This document shows, one piece after another, positions 15,730-30,247 of a stretch of 64,000 nucleotides of DNA. Position numbers and translations under genes: made by a program. The notes beneath the pieces were generated by a model, which worked only from the letters and a program-made list of their open reading frames with translations, was not told the DNA's origin and did not search any database. This DNA comes from the human T2T-CHM13v2.0 reference genome, Homo sapiens, in assembly GCF_009914755.1 (NCBI RefSeq), contig NC_060938.1; one strand, given 5' to 3'. Each line of letters starts with the position of its first letter. Position 1 is the stretch's first letter.

Positions 15730-18330
15730 CTAAGGCATTGAAAGAAATTAAACAAGGTGATTACTATTAAGTGGAGGCAAGAAAATACTTGTAATATCTG
15801 TTCAACCAACTAGAAGTGGATTTGAAAAGAAATCTGATTCCATCAGTCCCCTTACTTTACCAAAATAAAAACACTTTAATCTACTCATTAACTGAGGTAA
15901 AATTATAGAGTTCCATCGTAGGGCAGTTTGGGAACTGGTGAGAAGATATCTGGCAAACAAAATTATAATAAGTCCCTAACCAAAAGAAAAAAAGAAGTAG
16001 AAAAAAGAACCTTTTCCCATTTTAATAATATATTCTCAGTAATGAATGAGAGTAAAAGATGATGTCAGACACTGACTTCAAGCTTTCACTGAACATTAGT
16101 AAAACACCAGAAAATATAAACTGCTAAATATGATGCTAGTTTCTTCATTTGAGGAAAAAAATAAGTGTTACCACCTTTATCTCACCAAAACATAGCTTTA
16201 GAAAAATTCTAAGTTTCAAATGCAATTGCATTTACCACATAAATGCTTTTGAGTCGTGAAAATTTGATAAAAGAAAGATGAAGGTACTTTTCATCTTGTC
16301 ATTATATACTTAAAGAAAAGGGAGCCCTTTCAGAGATTACAAGGACTTGGGGACCCACTCTAGGCAAAAATAATTCTAAATCATTATGATTACAGTTACA
16401 TTACTAGAGAAATTCCAAATGCATAGGGCTTGTAATAAAATAAAAAAATCACTAGAATTGTATGTCTAAATGGTGGACCAAATCCATGATGGCTAGCTAC
16501 GACACCTTCAGTCATCACACTGTAACCTAACCATCTTCAACTGGCCTGCTAAATACAACAAAACCAGGAAAATTATGTGAGCCACAAACCCAACCTGAAC
16601 TGAAAAAAAATAACAAGGAGATCCACTCATTAAGAATTAATCATGAAAGCTAGAATGATATTTTACTAAAAGAAACATAAATGATATTTCCTTTCAATTC
16701 AACTTACTTTAAAAACAAATGAAACATCCTCTGCCAGGAAAGACAGACCCTTTCATAATCTATCTTCTGTACTTCTCTCATGCCTCATCTTCCTCCTTTC
16801 CACTCTGCTGGAATTTGATTACTTACAGCATCTTAAATCTGCCTACATATGTCTCCCCAGACCACATCTGACTTGTACAACTCTGCTTGAAGTTGTGCTA
16901 CTTCAAAATGGGGCTGGTAGCCAAGAGACATTTATCTCCAGGAGTTCATCTTAGTCCATCATCTGGGTCTGGATCTCAGCTTTGTAAACCTAGGAACTGG
17001 AATTTCTTTTTGGTACTCAGAGAGGTACTTTCAGCAGCAGAGTAACATTAAGCTCACAAGAGATTAATGTGTATGAACTAGAAAGCCACTCAATTAACTA
17101 CATTCATTTACGATGAGACTCATAACTACCATATGAATCAGAATGTCCATGTCAGCATAACCAGTACATTTTCTCCCTATAGACAGATCTAGATGGGAAG
17201 GCAAACTATAATCAGACTATAGGTTAACGAATAGGAAATTAGAGCAAGGGGAGTTTGTTTTATGAAACAATGTTCAAATGGCATCCGGCTAATGAAAGTC
17301 CAGCATGTTCACCACACATCAGGAATTTACAAACCACAATAACAGGAGTTTCATTCTTCTAGGTAGTATTTGCATGGAGGGTGCTGAGGTGTATCTCCCT
17401 AACTTTCTTGTTTTTCCACATTGAGTTTCTGTCCAAACTCTCCCTACCAATTAATACATCATTTCTTTAGATTGATTAATATTTTCCCAAGTCTTGCTCA
17501 TATCTAGGAGTTTTCTGAAAAATTAACATCCCAGCTCTGAACAGTATTTGATAATTGTATCATTTACTCATTAGAAAGCAACATTATTACTAAGTCTCTA
17601 GGTGATATTTGCCTCCCTACTGTTCCTGTGTATCTACCACCTATACCTTCTTATCCTTCAAAGTTTATCCTTTAAGATGCTGCATTCTTTCTTCCTGAAC
17701 TCCTGAAGCAAATCATTCCCATAGTATATTAGGTATATCATAATTTTTTAATTTTTTTCAAATTGTAATATAATTATTTGCTTGTGAACCTATCTCCCCA
17801 AATAAACTGCTAATTTCAGGAGTCCACAAAACAAGTTTATTATCATCTTTAAACTCCTCCACTTTGCTGAATAAATGATTTAAACATTTTTTGAAGACAC
17901 AAATTCAATATGTGAAAGATGATTTCATCAATTACCATGCAGAGCTTATAACCTTGGAGGCTACTGAGGTGTCCTAGGAGGTTTCTCCCCACACGTACAT
18001 AAGGCCTCCTGATGGTGCAGTATTTTCATGGTCTGATAGTAATAAAGAAAATAAATACCCTATCAGAGACTACCGATGTATTAGAAGACTGCCCATATTT
18101 TACATCTAAGCAATTCAAAATAATGTTATAATTGATCTTTCTTTTCTCACTTCCCTCAAAGCCAACTCTCTTTCATCCACTACTACTTTTCTGTGGTCTC
18201 CATTACTTGTCTCTTATTAATAAGAAGACAAAACTACTTCAATCTTTTGATATTCTTGAGAATGTTGATATTGTCAGAAAAATCTCTATAAGTTCGGTCT
18301 CTTTAGAAAACATAGAAAATTTCATTATCC

Positions 18331-18642
<312 letters not shown>

Positions 18643-19099
18643 AGAAAATTTCATTATCCACTTCACTATCCTCTGTGGGACAGTTGTATGCTATGTCCAA
18701 GCTCTCTTTGAAGTAAAAGCTGTAGGACTATGGGCTCACATGGATCTTAAAGATCAGTAAATTCAACTACTTGCTCCTTCAGGATTCCCTTATTTGGCAT
18801 TTTTGACAGTTGAGTCATCCAACCACTAAATGAACACAAGTGTCAAGGAACAGAGTACCTGACAAAGCTGTAAACTCTCTCCATCAGTGTCCAAGCTATA
18901 TGCAACAATTAAACTAAACAAACAAATCCTTCACCCCCACTAAGGCTTCTAAACTTCCAGGTAAAGATTTCTGTTCCTTTCCCCTGTTTTTTATTTGATT
19001 AGGTTTCAGACACATAGTGGTCTCCATTGTCTGCATGTACTCCAAGATCCTAAATCCAAGAGTTAAGTAAGCTCTTCCACACCATACTTCAGCAGTTAT

Positions 19100-19290
19100 A
19101 ATTTCATTCTTTCATTCATTCATCCCCCTCATCCAACAAATATTTACCTAAGTCCTATTCTAGACAAGACATTCTCATGTCCACTAAAGATGGAGTAAGT
19201 GATTGCTTCTCGGCCTTCTGGCTAAGATCGAGTGTGGAGATAGAGTAAACGACACAGACAGGCAGGCTCCTACTCTCATAGAGTCAACAA
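19100..19290 (-). mobile_element. L2 3' end hosting the U2 fragment
   Basis: ttcattcattcat...caacaaatatttac...gacacagaca...cctactctcatagag, typical of an antisense L2 tail. Confidence 0.7.
19202..19235 (+). pseudogene. 3'-truncated U2 snRNA retropseudogene (U2 nt ~1-34)
   Basis: attgcttctcggccttctggctaagatcgagtgt versus U2 ATCGCTTCTCGGCCTTTTGGCTAAGATCAAGTGT (3 mismatches); flanked by degenerate direct repeats AGATGGAGTAAGTG / AGATAGAGTAAACG. Confidence 0.9.
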
Positions 19291-21824
19291 ACATTTGCAT
19301 GAAATGTCATTACTTTTGTCCCATTCATCTGGTTTGGGCATATTTATTTGAACACTAATTATGGTACCCAATGAAGTAGCGCTTTCTCGCAGTTTCATGT
19401 TTTAGAAATAGATGTGCTGACTAAGCAAGCACAGCTAATTCTGGGGGAGGGTTGGGGCTGGAAATTGGCTGAAGTTAATCCAAGTATCCTGTTAGATTTA
19501 GAGGCATTCAAATAAGTAACGGCAGATGATAATATTTAGGCACTATTAAGGCTATTCCCTGGTCTTTCAGTCAATTCAGAGGGGGCAATATCCCCTGATT
19601 CTACAAGATTAACAAAAAGTTACCAAATTTCTAGAGAACCAGAGGCAAAATGTGGTATATTAGAGAATGATTCAAAATATGGAAGACACAATCTAACTTC
19701 AATGTTTCAGGGTGAAAGGACACAGATGCCTGGAGCTAGGGAATGTAGGTAACTTCTTTTGGAGGGTAGGGAGGAAGGCAGATGAAGCTAACTACAGCAG
19801 TCTATGAGATCCAAGAAGAAAGATATCCTAGATAATGGCTGAGTTTGAGAAAGAACCCTAGAGAATAAACCAACCCCTAATTTTACATTTTAGGTAACCA
19901 AAGCGCAGACAGACTACATAACTTGACTAAAGTGAAAGAACCTATTAAATACAACCCCATAACCTGATCCCCTGACTAGTCTTCTCTCTTAAAATGCTAG
20001 AAAGGCTGAGGCCTTAACATTAGAATTTAGAAAAACAATGTGAAAAATTCAGAAAAGTTTTCAGCAAGTTATGTGAGGACTAATGTCCTAAAGTAGAAAG
20101 GAGAAATCAAAAATTAAATTCTGAATGAGCCTTATCATAAATGAAAATATATGACATATTGACATATTCAGAATAGACCACAAAATCAAAAGCACACTGA
20201 ACATGCATAATATCCCAAACTTTTAAAGGGGCTATCCATCTGCGCTGAAGAAGTACCTGTGTACACATAAAATCTGCTTTAGTCCAATTTTCAAAAGTGT
20301 GCTAATCACACACTGAACAAGGTATAGTTCCATCGTCAAGACAGGAAAGGTTTTATGAAGCTTCTATTTTAGGACAAGAAAGGCTCATATTGTTGACACT
20401 TAAGTATAAAGAAAACGTAAAATAAAACTGCTGACAATCTCATGATAAACACACACACACATTCTGTTAACTGGTTTGATGAACTGTCCTATAATTCAAA
20501 AGATAAGAAATGCTGTTGTAATTATAGATTTATGTTTCAGCATGCTCTTTACAACTCAGAGCATTCACTTTCCCAGAGGCTCTAAAGATTATAAGGAGAT
20601 AGATCTTATCAGAAATATAAAAGCTTCAATAACACAAGAGCATGTCCAAAATAGTATCTCTTTGGTAAAAGGTTATGAGATTCCTTCAATGTCTTAAGAG
20701 TTCCAGAAATGCCACTTTATTTAGAATATGGCTATTACATGAAGTAAAAACAGTTCATCAAACACCTTAAACAGAAATATTACGTTAAATAAAGTACACT
20801 GACATGACTAAATAAATCATTAATTTACAAAGGTAATTAATGGTTTTCCTTCACTGAAAACTAACTTGAGTCAGCAAATGTGACAATATTTCAGTCCCAA
20901 GGCCATCTTTACATACGTCAACAAAGGGTAGGGGGAGATAGGATAAAAGGTAGAGAAAGAGAGAAATCAAATAATATTAAAGGCTGAAATAAAAACGAAT
21001 GCAATTTAAGCAAAGTTACTGGAAATACAGCTTGTTGAACCTACTGACATGCACACATCCCCTAAAAAGTTTTGAGGAAGAATATTTTCATAACTCAAGA
21101 TAAAACTGTTATGCCTAAGCTTTAAATCCAGGACACTAGCATTACAAGGCAAATTATGAAACTATCCTGAACAAAAATTGGATCTGTCTGGAAACCATTT
21201 ATCTGACTCTCTAAAGAAGGCCCACATTTTTATACCAACAGTTGACTCAGCTGCAAAGAAGTTAGGATACAACATAAAATGTCAACCAGGGCAGAAACTA
21301 CAAGGGCAACTAAATGAGAAGATATCTGCGATGGATACTATAGGAAACTTGGAAATAATTTAAGCTGGAAAATTACCACACAGCAGTTTCAACTGTCTTA
21401 CAAAATGGCCAAAAAAGAAAAAATAACACATCAAGTGCTGGTCACATCATAACCACTTTTTTCAAGCTTATTTCTCAAAACTAGATTTTTACGTAATGGA
21501 GAGCTCCTTAAACTCAAAACTTGTCTATATATGAAATATCTAGACTGATATCAAAAAATAAACAAGACAAAGCAAAAATAACTCTAAAATCAAGAGTTCA
21601 GATGAGTTTGAAAAATCTCCGTGGATTTACCCTACATATATCACTTGCCCTCTGGGAAACCAACTCTTCTCAAGAATATACAGGAAAAGGAAGGTGAATT
21701 CCTAACTCATTATAAAAGTCCAATAACACACCCCTCCTTCCTCACCCACATGGTTGTTAGAACAGTGAAAGATTACCTGAGTTCTTGCACAGGAATATTA
21801 GGTGCCCCTTCTCTGTGCTACCAC

Positions 21825-21977
21825 AAGAAGTTATGATTAATAGTGCATTAAGAGCATGTGAGAGCCTTAGTAAAACAATAGAGCTAATAGAAAAAAGGAA
21901 TGGCAAATGGGAACACTGGCCATATGATTTGATGCAGGTTAAAACTTAGGTATGACAGGCTTTGCAATCTATAACCT
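21825..21977 (+). repeat. Copy 1 of a ~152-bp local direct duplication
   Basis: Aligns to 22677-22827 at roughly 85% identity by hand count. Confidence 0.92.
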
Positions 21978-22676
21978 CTAAAATTTAAATTTCTGCTCTG
22001 CCACTCACTACTCTGTGTCTTCTATGTCTGTGTCCTCATCAGACTGTGAGTACCTCTAATGTGAAGATCTTATCCTTCTTTATTTACATATCCCAGCCCC
22101 TACTAGACTGTCTCACATAGCAGTCATTTCATAAATCTTGCTAAAACATAAATAAGCTTTTATGTTCTACTCATTGACAAGCATTTTTGAGCACATTAAA
22201 TGTGTCAAGCATACAACCAATACAACAATTTTTAAAAATTATAAACAAGAAAAAAATTTTAATCTCTGAACTCAAATAACTTCTCGTGCTACAGTAAGTT
22301 AGTTCTCTTTTGTTGCCACAGTTAATTATTTAATTCATTGAGGACAATCACCTTGTCAGTGGCGAGGCTATTGTAACTATCAAGACAAGACGATATCACA
22401 ATAGTGAGAGCCCTGGAAGTGGTAAGAAGTATTCAGATGCAGAATCAATTTTAAAGTAGAGTCAATAAGATCAGCTGATGAACTAAATATGGGTCCATGT
22501 GTGAGAGAATGAGCTGATTCTTTACATGTATTTAACAAGCAAAGGAACACTATGATTTCTACTCTAAGATTGGTTTCTAAAACAAAAATGCTACCATTTT
22601 GTGGGTTAGATACACTGTCTTCCTTCTCCTCTGATAAGTAGAGGATTGCTTTATACTATTTCCTCCAAAAGAGGGG

Positions 22677-22827
22677 AAGAAGTTATGATTAATAGCGTTA
22701 AGAGTATGCAAGAGCCTTAGTAAAACAATGGAGCTAATAGAAAAACGGGATGGCATATCAAAACACTGGCTTTAAGATTTGATGCAGGTTAAAACTTGGG
22801 TGTGAATGACTTTCCAATCTATAACCT
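22677..22827 (+). repeat. Copy 2 of a ~152-bp local direct duplication
   Basis: Shares blocks agagccttagtaaaacaat, gatttgatgcaggttaaaactt and caatctataacct with 21825-21977. Confidence 0.92.
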
Positions 22828-23393
22828 GGTCTTAGGCAGGCTTACAAAAGTTTGTTTCCATAAACCAGAATCAAAAAAATGGAAATTCTAATTCAAACTT
22901 TTAACCACATTTAAAGAAATCATTCTGCCTCAGGCTTTTCATTGTCTTTTTCTAGGAAAGTATTGAGCAATACAAAGACGATGAACAGCATAATCAGAAC
23001 GTGTTAGGATATGTATTGGATACGTTCCTAGAAATTAATATTCAAAGTTGAAATAACAAATACCTTCTAAATGATACTTTATGCATTCATTAAGTTTTAT
23101 TCTTATTACATATTTCTCTCAAGACAAATGCCTGGAAATAGAAATAACATCCATAATTTAAAAATCAGCCAATTTTGATGCATTTCTATTTCTGAAATGA
23201 AATATGGACAAGGGAACAAACAACTAGAGTTTCAAATTATGCATTTGGAACGAACATTGTTTAATTTTCAAAAGAAAAAAATTATCATTCATATTGAGAG
23301 AAATGTTTATAAGGTTACAGTGTCTTTAATAACCATCAAGATTTCTTCCTCTTTTTTTTTTTCTTAAAGGATACTGAATTTTATTCTGAGTTG

Positions 23394-23771
23394 TTTTTTT
23401 TTTTAATTATACTTTAAGTTCTAGGGTACATGTGCACAACGTGCAGGTTTGTTACATATGTATACATGTGCCATGTTGGTGTGATGTACCCATTAACTTG
23501 TCATTTACATTAGGTATATCTCCTAATGCTATCCCTCCCCACTCCCCCCGCCCCACGACAGGCCCCGGTGTGTGACGTTCGCATTGTTCAGTTCCCACCT
23601 ATGAGTGAGAACATGCGGTGTTTGATTTTTTGTCCTTGCAATAGTTTGCTGAGAATGATGGTTTCCAGCTTCATCCATGTCCCTACAAAGGACATGAACT
23701 CATCCTTTTTTACGGCTGCATAGTATTCCATGGTGTATATGTGCCACATTTTCTTAATCCAGTCTATCATT
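23394..23771 (-). mobile_element. 5'-truncated L1PA 3' end
   Basis: Poly(T) then ttatactttaagttctagggtacatgtgcacaacgtgcagg; minus ORF has the ORF2 C-terminus DWIKKMWHIYTMEYYAAVKKDEFMSF. Confidence 0.95.
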
Positions 23772-26180
23772 AATACTTTTCTTATGAAAGAATATTTTTT
23801 AAACTTAAAAATGAAAGTCCAAATAAAATAACCTGTATATAACAAGCACCTCTTAGGTGTTTTTCCTAAAATTTATTGATTATTGCTTGTTCAACATTAA
23901 ACAACAAAATGAATTGAGTCAATAAACAATTTAAATGCTGATGAAAAAAAAACTCAATGAAAACAAACCCAGACATTCACTTTATGTTTCCTTTTAGGGT
24001 CAACCAAAGCCAGCTAAGATTGCTTAACTGAAACAGATATGATACAGAACTTTCATGTTGCCTATTCCATCGGCTTTTTTCACCTCAACCAATGGTATAC
24101 ACCATTATTTAGCCTGATACCCACACTACAGGGATCACTCACAACTGTGGAAGTAAATGAAATCAAGCTAATAGTAAAGGATTTTAATGGAAAGTGCAGA
24201 ACATGTTTGCCTTCTCCTCTAGACCCTTGTAGTTATCAATCCCTCAGTGAGTTAAGGATTTAATAGCAGGCCTCTCAATCAAGTCCAAGTCAGGAGTGGG
24301 TACAACTGGTAAACTTTGACTTTACTCCTGTAATTCACTTAAAATCAACCTCTTTGATTGTAAATAGTTGGTAGGAAAGTCATTGCCAATTGAGTAATTT
24401 CAAAACGGCTTCATCATAGCTGTGTTCTAATTCAGAAAGTAGAAACCAGAAGTACTTCTATGCACCTTTATTTTTTTCCCTTCTCTTTGCCACAGCTGCA
24501 CATATAAATGCATCCTCTCCCTTCCCATTGTATATTCACTTCATTTTTGCATTCTATACTGTTTTCTTAACATCTGACATTACATTTCATAAATGGGAAG
24601 CACTCTGTTATTTCAGCCTATTCTCTGTAAAAGTCAAGGAGTACTCTGGGCTTAATGGTTACATGTGATTCAATTAAACATACTTTAAATGAAAACTCCT
24701 AAAAATGTATCATTTGCCTTCAACCATTTTATTATTTTTATTATTGTTTTTATTAAGAAGATGGGAATCTTACAGGAAATTACTCATAACATCCTAGTTA
24801 GTGTTTACTTAGAGTATCTGGTTTAAATTTGCTTCTAAATTAATGTGTGGTGACTACAACTTTATTCTACTCACACAACTTAAAATATCTGTAGCACCAA
24901 AAAAAAGACCACAAGCTGCCTAAAAATGGTCTAAAGTGTAAACATTAAAGTAAATGCTAGAAGTCAACAGCTCATTTGCTTCTATTTTTCTGATTTCTCT
25001 AGAAAAATCTGAAGTCAGAAAATTCTGCCCGCTACCATCAAATACCTCTTAGTCAAAAATGTGACAATGTGACTTTGCAAAGTAGTGAATACTTCATAGA
25101 ACAGACATCTGAAAATCATATATATTTTTCCCCATCATCAAAAAATAGCAATCCTAAACAGATGGTTAAATTAGAACTGAAACACAAAGTTTAAAAACAC
25201 TGATTCACTGTTTCCTCTCACAGATACGTTTTATGTGGAAAGTTCAGGTTTTAATTAGATTTTTCTAACAAAATCATTGACGACTCACATTCCAAAATTT
25301 GTCAGACCAAAAAATAAGAGTATATGGTAATTTGTTGAATGCAATAACCCTAAATTTAAATTCAATGCTAAGAGTTCAATGAAAAGAGAGTCATTTTGCT
25401 GGCAATAAATAAAGGAGAAGAATACAAGGACTGTATGCTTATATCCTGTTTCTACCATGTTTCTATGCAGTGTTGAGCAAGTCACTATATTCTCTCAACT
25501 TCAGTTTCTACCATCTGTAGAAATGGGCACCATAAATACACTTGCAAATGTGAATTATAACTACCATTTTTTAAAGATCCATATGTTGTATAAGAAAACG
25601 ATTTCAAGTGTTTTTATCCAACATAATGACAGCTTTAAAATGTTACTAGGTGTCACTTTATAGATGACTTAAATAAATCTTTTCATGGGAAGGAACAAAA
25701 ATGCATTTCTATGCATCCTGATCTATTCAACACAAGTTCCTATCAATTGCTATAGCCTTAGCTGTCTCATAATTTCTGGTCTTAAACTATCTCTTAATTG
25801 TTTCATTGAAGTTTTTCTCATCTTCTGAAAGAATTAATAGCAGAAAATAAGGTCCTCTAAAGAGAACTAAGCATAGCTATTGAAACAAGTAAGTATTAAA
25901 TGAGATAGCTCAGTGTCTCCAATTAACACTGGCCAGAAATGGTTCTTACTGATTCTGATCAATGGAAAGAACAGGACTGGTAACCCTGAGTCCTATTTCC
26001 ATTTCTACCCAAGGATAGCTGGGAGCTCTTAGGTAAGTCAGTTAACTCTTTGGGCCAGAACCTCATCTATAAAATAAGGTATTGGGAGCTGACCTTCTGT
26101 TTAAGATTATGTTTAAGCTGACCTTCTGTTTAAAATTCTTATAAACTTTAACACTGATACCAAATGTTTTTTGGAATTAC

Positions 26181-26940
26181 TGATATGGACAGTACACACG
26201 GAAATATGGGGTAGAAGAGGGGCAGCTGCCCACAAAGGCTGCACCCTCAAGGCTGGAAACCATGGCCCTAAATGAGAACAAAAATTCCTGTTTTTGTGCC
26301 CATAAGTTGCCTTTTGGCCCACCCATCCCTCTATCTGGTACCCATATAAACCCCAAACCCCTGGCTCCATGAGCAGAAAAGAAGATGAACAGAAGGGCAG
26401 AAGAATGGCAGAATGGTGTGACAGACAAAAGAGAGGAGCATCTGAACATCGAGAGGAGTTACACTGGGGACGGTTGGAGAGGAGATCAGCTGCTGGATGG
26501 CCAAACTCCAGGGGAAGATCATCTTCCCACTCCATCCCCCCTCCAGCTCCCCATCCATCCTGCTGACAGCCACCTCCATCACTCAATAAAACCGTGCATT
26601 CATCCTTCAAGTCCATGCGTGAATTGATTCTTCCTGGATGCCGGACAGGACCTGGGTACCAAGAGAGCACTGAGCTGTTTAACACTTAAGCCATCTGCAG
26701 ATGGCAAGGCTAAAAGAGTGCACTGTGACACATGCCTACTAGGGCCTCAGGAGTCACAGACACCCACGCCTGGATGCTACTGTGGGGCTGGATCCCAGAG
26801 GTAGTTGCCCCAACTCCTGCACCTGCCAATCTGTGTGCTCCCCCTCCCATAAGAGGTTTCAGTGTGCATGGCAGCCCAACAGACAAGCCACAACCCTGTT
26901 GCACATCCTGCAAGGGGGGTCAGGGAACTCTCTCCTCTCA
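26181..26940 (+). mobile_element. ERV1 solo LTR (MER50-like)
   Basis: TG...CA termini (tgatatggacag...gggaactctctcctctca); 4-bp TSD TTAC; TATA-like tataaa near 26346 and aataaa near 26585. Confidence 0.9.
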
Positions 26941-28723
26941 TTACCAGCTTTGTCTCAGTAGTCCAGTGCTACCGTGTAAACTCTGAGACAATGCTTGTTA
27001 AACAAAAGGTAATACGTAGATTTTTCAGGGGCAGAAAGACTGAAAAACTCCTGACGAACTTGCAACATTGTCAAGGCTAGCTAACTAAAGGCGTAAGACA
27101 GCATCTTTTGTAACAGAGGAAGCTCCATGTACGGAGGTGATTATGGGTGGATTAAAGGAGAAAAGTAAAATGAGGGTGGCAGGTATCTCTGAATTCCTCC
27201 AGGTTTGGGTACCTAGTAACAAGAAACATATTCTCATAATTCCGCCTAGAATATCCAAGAACAAGATATTCTATATACCTATAATTTCTCAGATTCTTGT
27301 ATATATAAAATGAAAATCATCAGTAAAATTAAATTATTCCTTCACTAATACTGGAAAATAAATGTCTTTATGGTGTTTGTGTTAGACTTAGGAAAACAAT
27401 CTCATAATATTGCTATCATTTTCTTTATAAATTTTTCTCATTGTATATAAATACATCTGCACAAAATATTGTATATATTCTTTGATAAAACAGCATTTAT
27501 AAAACATAAGGATGAAGAAAACATATGTAGTATATAAAAAATAATTTATAAAATAATGTCAATTTTCAGTGTCAGCTATTTTAAAAATATACAAACATAT
27601 TCAAAATTAAAATCAATTTTTTAAATATATCTACTACCAAACTACTTGACTTTACAAAGACAGCTGATGTCATTTATAAGCTCATAACTATTTGCAAACG
27701 AATTTTTTTAATTACATAGGGTGCAGATCCATATAGATCAGGCATTTAAAACCTTCATTACGTAAACTTTAATGCTGACTGGCTGAACAAAAATGATTCA
27801 ATTATGCACTAACACTTGTTGATTCACAGATTCCAGTGAAACTAATAAAAATATATTTCTGATAGAGTAAACAGGTAAATGTCACGAAAATCAAAAGATT
27901 AATATCAGTAAGATTCTTCTGAAACAAAAGAAGAATCAAATATTTCACCATAAAATGTAAGCAAAAGGAACAATAAATTTTAATGATACTAGGGATGGGA
28001 GAAAATTCTTTCTATAATATTTCAGGGTAGCTTTTTTGCCCTGGTTAGAAGCTAGTAATAAAAGTACCAAATGAATATGTAAAAATCTGTGGGTTGCATA
28101 ACACTCGTTCTCTTTGTCATGTAAAACTGAAAAATAACATTTGATAAAGCAAAATCAGATGTTAGAAAAAATGCATTTTAATACCATATATCACCACTGA
28201 ATACATGAGGAAAATATGCTAAAGTCAGTTATTCTGTGGATATTTAGCAAGGGCAGTGTTCTCCCACTGATTAATGCTACCACTGATGCTAATGGTTTAT
28301 ATGAATTTTGATGCAGTTTTAATATTTCTTAGCTTACCAGGTAATAATAACATGACAAGAAACACAATCTAAAACCACACAGTCAAAATAAAAGCAAGGC
28401 TTTAAAAAAAAGGCTGTGTGTATTGGTAGCCTCAGTAACATCACACATTGATGTTGAGGATGGGCATGCAAAAATACCACCTTGTTAAGCAAATTAGAAA
28501 GCGTCCACCCCTTTTGATTGTAGCAGAGCTGTCCCTTCAACCCATAAGGCCTCATTTATCAAATTCATTGCATTGCTTACATGGTAATCTTCAGGCTACT
28601 AATCACTGGGTTTTCCTTCATTGAAAACATATTTTTATTTCGTTTTCTTGCTTTTATCTGCCCCAGACTGGCCACCTTATACATGTGTGTATGTGTATCC
28701 ATATTTCTTTACATATATACATA

Positions 28724-28766
28724 TGTGTGTGTGTGTGTGCGTGTGTGTGTATGTGTGTGTGTGTGT
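28724..28766. repeat. Interrupted (TG)n microsatellite
   Basis: Read directly from the sequence. Confidence 0.95.
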
Positions 28767-29189
28767 ATACACACATACCTCTTTGTCCATAATTTACTTA
28801 TAAATTACCTACTATGTGTCAGGCTCTGTGCCTGGTCTTGGAGATGGAAATATGACCAAGGTGTAATTCGTCTCCTCAAATATCAAGCATAATTATAAAA
28901 GTGCCCACCTGTTTGGTTTGCTTAACACATGTGCCTTCAATATCACTTGCTGATGAACCAGCCAGCTCTTTTCACATGTGTGCCTCCTCTGTTTCAAATG
29001 ATTCAACATAGTCTGGTTCTAAACTTCCCATCAGCAAAGTTCTGTGGCTTTATGATTAGGTAAATCATAGGCACATTATTTTTATTACTAACACATCATT
29101 AGGCTGACCGTAGGCAGTCATTCCATATATGCCAATTGGTTGACTGCTTGGTTGAACCAGTAGTCAGCATATATTTGGAAACATAACAA

Positions 29190-29400
29190 TAACAAAATAA
29201 TGGCAGCTACCATTAACTGATATCTTATTAGATACCAGATACCATGCCAAGCACTTTACATACATCCTCACACTTAATCCTAATAAAGGTATTATTATGC
29301 CCATTTGAAGGATGATAAAACTGAGGCTTTGAGTTTTAAATAACTTGCCTAAAGCCACGCAGGTAGGAAAGAATTCAAAGTTTTACGCATAATCATTATT
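29190..29400 (-). mobile_element. MIR
   Basis: ccaagcactttacatacat...gcccatttgaaggatgataaaactgaggct...taacttgcctaaagccac. Confidence 0.8.
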
Positions 29401-29941
29401 GCTATACTATCTCTCAAAGAGAAAGTCCCTATCTGTAGTTGGCTCAATCCAACAAAATTTTGATTCATAGCTAACTATAAATGGATCAACACAAACAGCT
29501 AAGTTAACCTAAAGTACATAGCAATCATGTACATGAAAACTAAATATTAAAGATTAGAAAGCATATAAACTACATATAATATAAGCATGTTTGCGTGTGT
29601 ATCGTTAAGATTATATGCCATTTTAGGATACAGAGACCATCTTTTCTCTGCATTAGCACCCATTGTCAAGACTTGACTACATAGTTTTAACAACTGAAAG
29701 AGATTTTGTTTTTAAAAATCCCACTATGTGTTAGCCAACAACAAACATGTATCTTATCTCTGTCCTATCCTCAACATCCAGCACAATGCCTGCCATATAG
29801 CAGATGCTCAATACATAGCAATATTAAAATAAAATCATTAATTCTTCAAGTTCTGTTCTAAAGTGAATGCTCCACTTATATGAATGCGTGATAACACATG
29901 CATCTGAAATATCATAAGCAGAATCTGTGAAGCAGCATGTA

Positions 29942-30247
29942 TTTTTTATTTTTTTATTTTTTTTGAGATGGAGTCTCGCGCTGTCGCCCAGGCTGGAGTG
30001 CAGTGGCACGATCTCGGCTCGCTGCGACTTTCCGCCCCCCGGGTTCAAGTGATTCTCCTGCCTCAGCCACCTGAATAGCTGGGATTACAGGTGCTCGCCA
30101 CCACACCCGGCTAATTTTTGTATTTTTAGCAGAGACAGGGCTTCACCACGTTGGCCAGGCTGGTCTAGAATTCCTAACCTCAGGTGATCCGCCCACCTCA
30201 GCCTCTCAAAGTGCTGGGATTAAAGGCATGGGCTACCATGCCCAGCT
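29942..30247 (-). mobile_element. AluS (Sx-like)
   Basis: T-rich tail plus full antisense body. Confidence 0.95.

Noticed and set aside
26113-27080. Cluster of ORFs up to 190 aa
   Set aside because: They lie mostly within the GC-richer MER50-like LTR, where stop codons are rarer; no gag, pol or env motifs.
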